From: Acutalibacteraceae bacterium
Lineage (GTDB): Bacteria > Bacillota > Clostridia > Oscillospirales > Acutalibacteraceae
Reading direction: 5' to 3'
Assembly: GCA_045543035.1 (NCBI GenBank)
Contig: JAZQMA010000055.1
Span: 3,190 to 67,189 of the forward strand
DNA: 64,000 nt
The position numbers and the translations under genes are program-made. Positions 55,642 through 64,000 of the stretch are shown here, in pieces. How positions within the stretch are numbered: position 1 is the stretch's first letter; the number at the start of each line of letters is the position of its first letter. The notes under the pieces were generated by a model, which saw only the letters and a list, made by a program, of their open reading frames with translations, did not search any database and had not been told where the DNA came from.

Positions 55642-56687
55642 TGAGTGCTACCGTTGCCGCCGCATTAAAAAAGATAGCAGTCTCTATACTTACGAATCCG
55701 AAAATTCTAAAAAAAGTATTGTGCATTGTTCTCGTCCTTGTCGTAGCACTTGCCACTCCCCTACTTGCTGTTTATGCTGCTCTTACTGGCAAAGTAGAAG
55801 TTGATATTGATGGAATTGCAGAGAACTATGTGGAGAACTTAAATGATGCACAGGTCCATGAATTACAAAAAATGAATGATACAATGTTAGCTGTTGAATC
55901 TGCGTTAAACGAAGCAGAACTCGGTGGACATTATCGAGAAGCTCAAGTGCTATATGCACTTGGGCTTTTTGATTTTTCAGACAATGAAAACTTTGCAAGT
56001 GACCTGGCAAGTTGCTTTAAAGATGACTTATCTGATGCAGAATTGGTTGAGCTTGTTAATACAAAATTCGGTAGTCAAATAGATGCCGAAGAATACTCCA
56101 CCGTAGTTAAAGATATTCACAGTACCTATATTGACTCATCAGGATTTACTAATAACGGATACAAAAATAACATTGACCTTTGCATATGGGCTGAAGAAGC
56201 AGTTGCAAATGGTTGGGGTTATGTATACGGAACATACGGAACTGTTCTCACACAAAAAATTCTCGACATAAAGGCCAAACAATATCCCGTTGAGGTTGGT
56301 GGGAAATATGACTTCATCAAAACTAATTGGCTTGGTGGTAGAACAGCCGACTGTGTAGGTCTCATAAAAGGATACAGTTGGCTTGATGAAGCAACAGGTC
56401 AAATCAATTACGGAACAAATGGTATGCCCGACATTGGTGCTGACGGAATGTACTCTGCAGCTACAGAGAAAGGCACAATAGATACCATTCCCGAAATACC
56501 CGGAGTAGCAGTTTGGCACAACGGTCACATTGGGATATATATCGGTGATGGTTATGTAATCCAAGCAGCTAACACAAAAAAAGGTGTTATAAAAACACCT
56601 TTGTCGTATAACAGTTGGACTCATTGGTTGAAGATTCCATATATCACATATATCGAAGAAGAAACAACCAGTGAGCCGACAACATAA
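55641..56687 (+). CDS. Membrane-anchored NlpC/P60 (C40) cell-wall hydrolase of the T4SS
   Basis: N-terminal TM helix. The catalytic region is GGRTADCVGLIKGY ... WHNGHIGIYIGDGYVIQA. Confidence 0.8.
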   Translation: MSATVAAALKKIAVSILTNPKILKKVLCIVLVLVVALATPLLAVYAALTGKVEVDIDGIAENYVENLNDAQVHELQKMNDTMLAVESALNEAELGGHYREAQVLYALGLFDFSDNENFASDLASCFKDDLSDAELVELVNTKFGSQIDAEEYSTVVKDIHSTYIDSSGFTNNGYKNNIDLCIWAEEAVANGWGYVYGTYGTVLTQKILDIKAKQYPVEVGGKYDFIKTNWLGGRTADCVGLIKGYSWLDEATGQINYGTNGMPDIGADGMYSAATEKGTIDTIPEIPGVAVWHNGHIGIYIGDGYVIQAANTKKGVIKTPLSYNSWTHWLKIPYITYIEEETTSEPTT

Positions 56688-56711
56688 ATTTTATAGAAAG
56701 AAGTTGATAAT

Positions 56712-57269
56712 ATGAGTACACGAAGTTTAATTGCAATGCAAATCGGTGCTGATAAATACCGAACGATTTATTGCCATAGTGATGGCTATCTCTCACATAA
56801 CGGTGCCTTGCTTATAGACCACTACGATACACCAGAAAAAGTAAAAGAACTTATTGATATAGGTGGTATTTCATGCCTTGCTCCGAATCTTAATCCCGAT
56901 CCTTCGAAACCTCATGGCTTTGAGTATACAACAAGGCAAGACGGTGTGGTTGTTGCATACGGCAGAGATCGTGGCGAAAAAGGTATGGAAGCTAAAGAGT
57001 ATACGTTCAATGAGCTTGACGATCCCAACTCATGGGCAGATTACATCTATGTTTATACCGAAGAAAATCGTTGGAAATTCTTCAGGCACGGTTATTCACA
57101 GGAAGGTTTAAAAGAAATTGAACCTGTTCTTAAATTCCAATATGAGCAGTTTGGTGTTGAAAGACCCGAAGGTTATTATGGCTTCATTACCCAAGAAATA
57201 ATAGATGAGCTTGATAAGGACGGGCGAATTACTTATCTTGACTCGTCACCTAACATGGAGGTGAAATAA
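56712..57269 (+). CDS. Hypothetical protein
   Basis: 185-aa ORF, MSTRSLIAMQIGADKYRTIYCHSDGY.... Family not recognised. Confidence 0.5.
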   Translation: MSTRSLIAMQIGADKYRTIYCHSDGYLSHNGALLIDHYDTPEKVKELIDIGGISCLAPNLNPDPSKPHGFEYTTRQDGVVVAYGRDRGEKGMEAKEYTFNELDDPNSWADYIYVYTEENRWKFFRHGYSQEGLKEIEPVLKFQYEQFGVERPEGYYGFITQEIIDELDKDGRITYLDSSPNMEVK

Positions 57270-57270
57270 T

Positions 57271-58338
57271 ATGTTTTTTCAAACTTCATTTGATAGAAAT
57301 GAGCAACAGGCCACAACTCAGTATTGTTCTATCGTGAAAGTTGTTGAGTTATCTGAAAATGATTTTAATCTTTTGAAAAACAATACTATGAAGAATTTTG
57401 ACTTCATTGCTGAATATGCAAATCTTATGCACAAGGACGAAACAGGGACGAACAGATGTGTCCTCTATCTTCGTGAGAATTATGATGAAGGTATTATTGT
57501 AAATTCAGAAGGAACTGAGTTTGCTAAAAGCTTTGCTTATCTTCCGCAAGCAAGAACTTTATACCTTGCTGATGAGTCTTTTACTTTGCAACAGTTCATG
57601 AAGTCGATGTTACATATCAGAAATGATATCGTTGATAAAGCGGTAAAAGATCAGGATGATGGTGTATTTAAAATTGATTTGAATGAGATACATAAGTTCT
57701 ATAAACCCGAAATCTTTTCTCCTACACTTCTTTATGAAATGCTTCGTGACAGGATTGAGTTTGATACAGTAGAATTTGATGACGAAGAATTCGGTATGCG
57801 ACTTTCTTCTGAATATGCTATGTTTGAAGATGAATCTGTATACAGGGAATTGGAAAAAGAGGAAATCGACATAATGGTTGCAAAGCATATACTATGGCTT
57901 TATGACGAACCCGGTGGAATACAGGCAAACTTTTCAGGTTGTCTTGTTTCTAACTACGACTTTTCTGATAGGTCGTTAAACAGTTCTATTTTGAACAACG
58001 CAAAGTTCGTCAATTGCAATTTCACTAATGCTGAGTTGTGCTTCTCAATTGCTGACCACACTAAATTCGTCGATTGTAGTATGATTCGAATTACCGGTGA
58101 GGAAATGTCTTGCAGAAGTACAAAGTTTAAAGGTTGCAATCTCTTTATGGCAATGCTTACACATTCGAATTTTTCTGATGCTTTGTTTTCAAGAACTTCA
58201 GTTAGCAATGCTAATTTCACTAATTGTTGCATTGATAATACCGAGTGGATACATACCGATGAAAATGAGGCTAACCTGCGTAACATTAGTATGGATGAAC
58301 AGGCTTGGTCAGATGAAGATATGAATATGACAATGTGA
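57271..58338 (+). CDS. Protein with C-terminal pentapeptide repeats
   Basis: Residues ~210-330 contain many consecutive A(D/N)(L/F)xx-type units: NFSGCLVSNYDFSDRSLNSSILNNAKFVNCNFTNAELCFSIADHTKFVDCS.... Confidence 0.7.
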   Translation: MFFQTSFDRNEQQATTQYCSIVKVVELSENDFNLLKNNTMKNFDFIAEYANLMHKDETGTNRCVLYLRENYDEGIIVNSEGTEFAKSFAYLPQARTLYLADESFTLQQFMKSMLHIRNDIVDKAVKDQDDGVFKIDLNEIHKFYKPEIFSPTLLYEMLRDRIEFDTVEFDDEEFGMRLSSEYAMFEDESVYRELEKEEIDIMVAKHILWLYDEPGGIQANFSGCLVSNYDFSDRSLNSSILNNAKFVNCNFTNAELCFSIADHTKFVDCSMIRITGEEMSCRSTKFKGCNLFMAMLTHSNFSDALFSRTSVSNANFTNCCIDNTEWIHTDENEANLRNISMDEQAWSDEDMNMTM

Positions 58339-58348
58339 GGTGTTGCAC

Positions 58349-58555
58349 ATGAAAAAGGTTTCAATAAGCATTGAATATGATGAAACTAAAATGAAGGCTT
58401 TAAAGTACTTCCTCGAACAAAAAGGTAATAAAAGGGTTTCAGAAAAATTGGTTGAAACATTAGATTCATTATATAAAAAGAATGTACCGTTAAATGTCAG
58501 AGATTACATTGAATCAAGTTCAGATAATTCTAATTCAAACACGGGTAATAAATGA
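58349..58555 (+). CDS. DUF6103-like small protein
   Basis: MKKVSISIEYDETKMKALKYFLEQKG...LDSLYKKNVPLNVRDYIE pattern. Confidence 0.55.
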   Translation: MKKVSISIEYDETKMKALKYFLEQKGNKRVSEKLVETLDSLYKKNVPLNVRDYIESSSDNSNSNTGNK

Positions 58556-58559
58556 CACT

Positions 58560-58900
58560 TAACTGCTGTTTATTGCCGTTTGTTTGCCCTAAATTGACGA
58601 GTTGTACGAAAAATGGTTAAAGTACCCGAACACACAATAAAAAGCCGATAAAAACGGACGTTCAGGCTCTTGTGTATAACGAATTATTTCGTCCGATTTT
58701 TATTGCAGGAATAAGCACAGGGGTTGCAAAAGCATCCCTGTGCGATTACAGCAGACGGCGATGCCGACTGCATAAAGGGTTTCAAGGCTTTCAAAAAGTG
58801 GACTCCTATATTTTGCGATTTTCCTCCAATTATGAGAATTAGCCGATAAATCCCATTGTTTCAAGGATTTCATAAAGACTCCTATAAATTCTAAGAAGGA
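58560..58900 (+). promoter_or_regulatory. Candidate oriT / relaxosome assembly region
   Basis: A non-coding 340 bp directly upstream of the RHH accessory and relaxase genes. It has inverted repeats at 58648-58660/58690-58703 and at 58715-58743 (GCACAGGG...CCCTGTGC). A ~30-bp direct repeat GTTTCAAGG.TTTCA.AAAG..GACTCCTATA occurs at 58779-58810 and 58859-58887. Confidence 0.45.
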
Positions 58901-58904
58901 AGTG

Positions 58905-59321
58905 ATGCTTGTGGCAGTTGATCCAAACAAAAAGAAATTTCATTTGTGGGCATATCCCGATGTGTTAAACAAGGTAAAAGAAATGTATCAAGATGATGGT
59001 TGCAAAAGCCAATCAGAGTTTATTGAGAAAGCAATAAGATTTTATTGCGGATATCTTTCGACACAAAATACTGATGAATATCTACCTGAATTAATTGATA
59101 ATTCACTCAAAAGCAGAGTGCAAAATTTGGAAGATAAAATGTGTAATCAATTCTTTAAAAATACTGTAGAGTTATCAATGCTACTCCATGTCTTTTCTGC
59201 TTTGAACAACATATCAGAAGCTCAATTAGATGACCTTCGTGCTACTTGTGTCAAAGAGGTTCGCTCTCTAAATGGTTCAATTTCTTTTAAAAATGCATTA
59301 AGATATCAAAGACATCGGTAA
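58905..59321 (+). CDS. Ribbon-helix-helix relaxosome accessory protein candidate
   Basis: KKKFHLWAYPDVLNKVKEMYQDDGCKSQSEFIEKAIRFY is RHH-like. It lies immediately upstream of the relaxase. Confidence 0.5.
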   Translation: MLVAVDPNKKKFHLWAYPDVLNKVKEMYQDDGCKSQSEFIEKAIRFYCGYLSTQNTDEYLPELIDNSLKSRVQNLEDKMCNQFFKNTVELSMLLHVFSALNNISEAQLDDLRATCVKEVRSLNGSISFKNALRYQRHR

Positions 59322-59326
59322 ATTAT

Positions 59327-60703
59327 ATGGCAAGATTTGTCTTGAAATGGAGATATTTTAAATCATCTCCTAAAAGAAATTCTCAATATCTAAAGTACAT
59401 TGCAACTCGAGATGGAGTAGAAAAGTGTGATGAAAGTTGGAGATATCAGCCTGCAACAATTGAACAGAAAAGAATCATTGATAGTTTAATAAAGGACTTT
59501 CCAGATTCAATACACACACCAATGTATGAGGATTATTTATCAAACAAAACGAAAGAATTAGCTAGTGGATTCATTGATGATACGCTGGAAGAATACTTTG
59601 ATTTAATAGATAAAAAAGAAAACTATATTGGGTATATTGCAAAGCGACCACGAGTTGAAAAGCAAGGAACACATGGTTTATTTTCACTTCATGATGAAGA
59701 AATAAACCTTGAAAGTGTTGCAAAAAATATTGCTAATCACGATGGTTTAGTCTTTACTACAATAATGTCTTTGAAACGAAATGATGCTGAAGCCTTAGAC
59801 TACGCTCGTTCAATAAGATGGAAAGAATTATTAAAAAGAAACACAATTGCTATAGCAAAATCTATGAACATTCCTCCCTCAGATTTAAGATGGTATGCAG
59901 CATTTCATAATGAAACATATCATCCACACATACATTTGGTTGCTTATTCTGTAGGTAGAGAACCATACATAACTGAGAAACGTTTAGATGATCTTAAAAG
60001 AACTTTTGCAAAAGATATTTTTTCTTCTGAGATGCACAATATATATGTTGAACAAACAGACAGACGAAATGAATTGCGAAAAGAAGCTAAAAACAAGATT
60101 GAAGAAGTGGTTTCTTTAATAAATGAAGGTCACTATTCTAATCCCATTGTCGCAGACTTATTAAAACAATTAGCAAGCGAATTAGATAATTATTCAGGAA
60201 GAATGATGTATGGTTATCTTCCTAAAAAAGCGAAAAATCTAATTGATGGCATAGTTGATGAGATGGCATCAGATGAGAAAATAAAAGAACTATATGAGCT
60301 TTGGTATGAAAAAAGGGAAATAATAGTTAAAATCTATCGTGAAGAAATGCCACCTCGTGTACCATTATCTTCGAACAAAGAATTTAAAAGTATTCGAAAT
60401 GCAGTTCTGCAAGAAGCACTTAGACTCAAAGACATATCTGAATATCCTTTTACAGATGAAAATGTAGAGAAGATATATTTACCCGAAAAAGCTAAAGTCC
60501 CAGCTATTCCTGCTTCATTTCAACCATCTAAAAAGTATCATTGGAAAACTGATATAGCACTTTCTTCTGCAAGATTATTTGCAAGGTTAACTCAAGCAAT
60601 ACAAGATAATTTCGAAGAAGATAATCAGACTGATCAGCAAGTTGACAAAAAGGTGCTTAAAAGGATTCAAGAAAAGAAACATGCACAGGGATTAAAAATG
60701 TAA
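59327..60703 (+). CDS. Relaxase (MobL / MOBP-like)
   Basis: YLKYIATRDGVEK N-terminal tyrosine region and HNETYHPHIHLVAYS histidine triad. Confidence 0.75.
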   Translation: MARFVLKWRYFKSSPKRNSQYLKYIATRDGVEKCDESWRYQPATIEQKRIIDSLIKDFPDSIHTPMYEDYLSNKTKELASGFIDDTLEEYFDLIDKKENYIGYIAKRPRVEKQGTHGLFSLHDEEINLESVAKNIANHDGLVFTTIMSLKRNDAEALDYARSIRWKELLKRNTIAIAKSMNIPPSDLRWYAAFHNETYHPHIHLVAYSVGREPYITEKRLDDLKRTFAKDIFSSEMHNIYVEQTDRRNELRKEAKNKIEEVVSLINEGHYSNPIVADLLKQLASELDNYSGRMMYGYLPKKAKNLIDGIVDEMASDEKIKELYELWYEKREIIVKIYREEMPPRVPLSSNKEFKSIRNAVLQEALRLKDISEYPFTDENVEKIYLPEKAKVPAIPASFQPSKKYHWKTDIALSSARLFARLTQAIQDNFEEDNQTDQQVDKKVLKRIQEKKHAQGLKM

Positions 60704-60795
60704 GTTTTATTTTAGTTTGTATATTTGAAATTAGTGTGTGCATAGTATATAATAGTGATAACTAAAAAACATTAAGGTTTATCACTCATACATTA

Positions 60796-60824
60796 TTGAC
60801 ACTATACTACTTTTGTGGTACAAT
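60796..60824 (+). promoter_or_regulatory. Sigma-A-type promoter with extended -10
   Basis: TTGACA (60796-60801), a 17-nt spacer ending TGG, then TACAAT (60819-60824). Confidence 0.6.
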
Positions 60825-60892
60825 AATGATGCAAAAGGGATACGCAGTATCCGAAATGCATTGGCTTGGGTGTAAACTCTGGGGCCATCGCA

Positions 60893-60921
60893 GGCGGGGA
60901 GTATATTCCTCGCCATTTTTT
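60893..60921 (+). terminator. Intrinsic terminator inside the leader of the DUF3800 gene
   Basis: GGCGGGGA-GTATAT-TCCTCGCC (one G-U pair) followed by ATTTTTTATTTAT. It ends 13 nt before the ATG at 60934. Confidence 0.6.
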
Positions 60922-60933
60922 ATTTATAAAAGG

Positions 60934-61626
60934 ATGTTTATCTTGAAGGAACTAAGTATATTTATTGATGAGTCAGGCGATTTTGGAGATGCGGTAAATC
61001 AATCTCCTTTTTATATTGTGACACTTGTCTTTCACAATCAAGCTGACGACATCACTAACAATATAACGCGACTAAAGTCTTGGCTTGCTGAATGTGACAT
61101 ACAGGATGAATACGTACATACGCATCCTATTATCCGGAAAGAATCCCCGTATAACAATTTGAATATTGATGAACGCAGAAGAATTTTAAATAAAATGTTG
61201 CGTTTTACTATCAGTTGTCCGATAAGATACTTCAATATCATTGTTAATAAACGAGAATGCAAAGATCGACATGCTTTATCGGCAAGTATATCTAAGCAAC
61301 TATCGAGATTCATAGAAGATAACCAAGAATACTTCTTTTCGTTTGATAGGATCGTTGTATATTATGACAATGGTCAAAACGAATTGAGTTATATTCTTAA
61401 TGTGATTATGCACGCTAAATTAACAGCTATTGAGTTTAAAAATGCCTCTCCGAAGCAGTATCAGTTGTTGCAATCTGCTGATTTTATTTGTTCAATAGAA
61501 TTGCTCAAACAAAAAAGAGAAAGCAATTTACTCACAAAATCTGAAACTAACTTTTTCTACAAACCGCAAGAATTATATAAAAATTATATTAAGTCTGTAG
61601 AAAAAAAGAAATTCATAAAAAAATAA
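60934..61626 (+). CDS. DUF3800-domain protein
   Basis: LSIFIDESGDFG near the N-terminus. Start chosen at 60934 (AAAAGG Shine-Dalgarno), not the track start at 60796, which coincides with the promoter. Confidence 0.7.
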   Translation: MFILKELSIFIDESGDFGDAVNQSPFYIVTLVFHNQADDITNNITRLKSWLAECDIQDEYVHTHPIIRKESPYNNLNIDERRRILNKMLRFTISCPIRYFNIIVNKRECKDRHALSASISKQLSRFIEDNQEYFFSFDRIVVYYDNGQNELSYILNVIMHAKLTAIEFKNASPKQYQLLQSADFICSIELLKQKRESNLLTKSETNFFYKPQELYKNYIKSVEKKKFIKK

Positions 61627-61639
61627 GTAGTTTTTATTA

Positions 61640-61680
61640 AACAGGTTGATTGAATCTACAATCAACCTGTTATTTTTTTT
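61640..61680 (+). terminator. Rho-independent terminator
   Basis: AACAGGTTGATT-GAATCTAC-AATCAACCTGTT followed by TTTTTTTT. Confidence 0.85.
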
Positions 61681-61696
61681 GAAAGAAGGTTCTACA

Positions 61697-62611
61697 ATGT
61701 CAAATTATATACACTTTTCTCCAGAACAAAAAGACAAAGCATATCATATGGATATTGCAGAACTCTTACGTAAACAAGGTGAGAAGTTAAATCGGTGTGG
61801 GAATGAATATATATGGGAAAGTCCTACTGGAAAGGTATCTATTAGAAACAATGTTTGGTATCACCATTACGAGCAAGAAGGCGGTAATGTGGTTAGTTTT
61901 CTTCAAAAGTTTTTTAATAAAACATACAGTGAAGCAATGAAGTATTTACTTAATGAAAATGGTACTGTTATATCATACTCCTCCCCTACTCAAAAACATA
62001 CAAAAGAATTAATATTGCCTCAAACAAATTCTAATATGAGAAGATTATATGAATATCTTATGAAAGATAGAGGGATTAGTAGAGATATAATCACCGCATT
62101 TGTTCATGCTAAAATGCTTCGAGAATCAGCCGATTATCATAATGTATTGTTTATCGGATATGATTCCGATGGTGTTCCAAGACATATTCACAAACGAGGA
62201 ACAGCTAAAGAAAGTGCCTATAAAAGAAATGTTGCAGGTAGTGATAATAAATTTAGTTTTCATTGGCATGGAACAGAAAAAGAAATTTATTTATTTGAAG
62301 CACCAATAGATATGCTTTCATTTATATCAATGCATCCCATTGAATGGAGAAATAACAGCTATGCGGCGGCATGTTCTATTGCAGATAATGTTTTGTTTCA
62401 ATGTCTTAAAGATAACAAACATATTGAACAAGTTTACATTTGTTTTGATAATGATAATGCAGGTCAAACAGCCGCACAAAGACTTTCCGATAAACTATTT
62501 ATAAAAGGCATTAAATCAGAAATCCTCGTTCCAACATTAAAAGATTGGAATGAGGATTTATTATTTTCTAAACAGGAGGTTGATAAAAAGTGGATGGTCC
62601 AATTATCTTAA
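61697..62611 (+). CDS. DUF3991/Toprim-domain protein (primase-like)
   Basis: N-terminal region NVWYHHYEQEGGNVVSFLQKF and the Toprim segment YLFEAPIDMLSF...VYICFDNDNAGQ. GAAAGAAGG Shine-Dalgarno. Confidence 0.7.
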   Translation: MSNYIHFSPEQKDKAYHMDIAELLRKQGEKLNRCGNEYIWESPTGKVSIRNNVWYHHYEQEGGNVVSFLQKFFNKTYSEAMKYLLNENGTVISYSSPTQKHTKELILPQTNSNMRRLYEYLMKDRGISRDIITAFVHAKMLRESADYHNVLFIGYDSDGVPRHIHKRGTAKESAYKRNVAGSDNKFSFHWHGTEKEIYLFEAPIDMLSFISMHPIEWRNNSYAAACSIADNVLFQCLKDNKHIEQVYICFDNDNAGQTAAQRLSDKLFIKGIKSEILVPTLKDWNEDLLFSKQEVDKKWMVQLS

Positions 62612-64000
62612 TTTTTGTGGGTATCGTAATGTTTGCTTTAATAGGTGGAATTACAATTGTTTCTCATATCTATAATCTTAACAGTATCAAAAGTAAAACT
62701 GTTGGAGATGGTCAGCATGGCACAGCAAGATTTTTATCCAAACTTGAACAAAAGAAAGTGTATAAGCATGTTCCCTTTACTCCGGATTTATGGAGAAAAA
62801 ACAAAAATAAAAATGAATTACCACAAGGGGTTATTGTTGGATGCAGGACAATAGGTGGTCATGATTATGCAATGGTTGATACTTCAGATGTACATACTAT
62901 GATGATAGGCGCAGCCGGATGTGGTAAAACAGCATATTGGTTATATCCAAACCTTGAGTATGCTTGTGCATCAGGAATGTCATTTTTAACTACAGATACA
63001 AAAGGTGATTTGTATAGAAATTATGGTAACATTGCAAAAGAATATTATGGTTACGATGTTGCCATAATAGACCTTCGAAACCCAACAAAGTCGGATGGTA
63101 ACAATTTGCTTCATCTTGTTAATAAATATATGGATTTATATAAGGATGATCCCAATAACTTAACATACAAAGCCAAAGCCGAAAAATATGCTAAGATCAT
63201 CGGTAAGACAATTATATTTAGTGAAGGAGATGCCGCTTCATTTGGTCAAAATGCTTTCTTTTACGATGCAGCAGAAGGCTTGCTTACCTCGTCAATCCTA
63301 TTGGTTGCTGAATTTGCTCCACCCGAACAACGTCATATAGTTTCTGTATATAAGCTTATTCAAGAGTTACTTGCTCCTGCACCTAATATGGGTAAAGGTA
63401 AAACTCAATTTCATAAAATCATGGAGAAGCTTCCACCCGAACATAAAACCAAATGGTTTGCAGGTGCTGCACTTAATACAAGTGACCAGGCCATGCAATC
63501 GGTTATGTCAACAGCAATGTCTCGTCTTAATGCATTTCTCGATTCAGAACTTGAACAAATACTCTGCTTTGATACAGCAATTGATGCAGAAAAGTTTTGT
63601 TCTAAAAAGAGTGCCATCTTTATTGTATTACCCGAAGAAAATCCAACAACATACTTTATGGTATCCCTTCTTTTGCAACAGTTATATCGTGAAATACTTA
63701 TGGTCGCAGATGAACAAGGTGGGGCATTAAAAGACAGAGTTATGTTTTATATGGATGAGTTCGGTACTCTTCCTGCAATCTGTTCTGCAGAAATGATGTA
63801 TTCTGCATCTCGCTCAAGACGTCTGTCATTAGTAAGTATTATTCAGTCATTTCAACAGCTTGAAAAGAACTATGGCAGAGAAGGTGCTGCTATTATTCAA
63901 GACAACTGTCAGATAACTATTGCTGGTGGTTTTGCTCCTACTTCCGAAACAGCAGATATAATATCCAAATCGCTTGGTTCAAGAACTGTAATGTCCGGTT
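62590..64000 (+). CDS. virD4: VirD4/TraG-type type IV coupling protein (3' end outside window)
   Basis: Not in the supplied ORF track because it has no stop in the window. GTG at 62590 follows AGGAGG. It has an N-terminal TM helix (PIILIFVGIVMFALIGGITIV), Walker A MMIGAAGCGKT and Walker B region VMFYMDEFGTL. Confidence 0.85.
   Translation, partial: MDGPIILIFVGIVMFALIGGITIVSHIYNLNSIKSKTVGDGQHGTARFLSKLEQKKVYKHVPFTPDLWRKNKNKNELPQGVIVGCRTIGGHDYAMVDTSDVHTMMIGAAGCGKTAYWLYPNLEYACASGMSFLTTDTKGDLYRNYGNIAKEYYGYDVAIIDLRNPTKSDGNNLLHLVNKYMDLYKDDPNNLTYKAKAEKYAKIIGKTIIFSEGDAASFGQNAFFYDAAEGLLTSSILLVAEFAPPEQRHIVSVYKLIQELLAPAPNMGKGKTQFHKIMEKLPPEHKTKWFAGAALNTSDQAMQSVMSTAMSRLNAFLDSELEQILCFDTAIDAEKFCSKKSAIFIVLPEENPTTYFMVSLLLQQLYREILMVADEQGGALKDRVMFYMDEFGTLPAICSAEMMYSASRSRRLSLVSIIQSFQQLEKNYGREGAAIIQDNCQITIAGGFAPTSETADIISKSLGSRTVMSG

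Larger units (their letters stand above)
30909..64000 (+). mobile_element. Conjugative element (ICE) core, Firmicutes VirB4/VirD4 type with an added Tad-like pilus locus; right end outside window
   Basis: A co-oriented gene train encodes a relaxase, T4CP, VirB4, VirB6-like, PrgI, an NlpC/P60 hydrolase, a Toprim protein and anti-restriction-type genes. No integrase lies in the window. Confidence 0.85.

Noticed and set aside
60796-60933. N-terminal 46-aa extension of the DUF3800 protein, as given by the ORF track
   Set aside because: The proposed start codon lies inside the -35 box of a near-consensus promoter. The stretch contains a terminator hairpin, and DUF3800 proteins normally begin just before the IDESG motif.

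Overview
The window looks like a low-GC Clostridia chromosome. A cohesin-like surface protein, spoVA genes and [FeFe]-hydrogenase maturases suggest a spore-forming Ruminococcus/Oscillospiraceae-like anaerobe; that assignment is inference. It splits into two parts.

(1) Positions 1 to about 18857 are core genome. They carry the tex 3' end, a cohesin-like protein, a four-helix-bundle (23S-IVS/Avd-fold) gene, and a NuoE/NuoF/GltD-fusion flavoprotein operon (Stn-like, no H-cluster). They also carry a HAD phosphatase, a secreted non-specific nuclease, hydF-hydG-hydE with a TM1266-type regulator, spoVAC, a PanE/ApbA-type reductase, and a spoVAD whose homology stops abruptly near 18857. Almost every intergenic gap here holds an unusual repeat family built from tandem heptanucleotides. 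There is also an 88-bp tandem array and three copies of a ~70-bp double-hairpin element. I saw none of these repeats in the rest of the window.

(2) Positions ~18858 to 64000 are foreign DNA interrupting spoVAD.
- A visibly AT-rich ~12 kb cargo island holds orphan membrane-protein-plus-enzyme gene pairs: a 4TM protein with an 821-aa HExxH protein, a 2TM protein with an SplB-like radical SAM enzyme, and an ImmA-like protease with a 2TM protein. It also holds an internal tRNA-Ala(GGC) and a ~295-bp duplicated copy of the conjugative element's left-end control region.
- About 33 kb of a Firmicutes-type conjugative element follows. It carries two orphan DNA methyltransferases and DUF1281, DUF4314, DUF3849, YodL and SpoVG-like genes. 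It has a complete Tad/Flp-like pilus locus with three pilin paralogs, and a 1485-aa repeat adhesin. The T4SS genes are VirB2-like, VirB6-like, PrgI, a split VirB4 and an NlpC/P60 hydrolase. It ends with a pentapeptide-repeat protein, a candidate oriT, an RHH accessory protein, a MobL-type relaxase, DUF3800, a DUF3991/Toprim protein and a VirD4 coupling protein that is cut by the window end.

No integrase or recombinase and no spoVAD 3' part lie in the window, so the element continues past 64000. All calls rest on reading motifs by eye; no database search was run.
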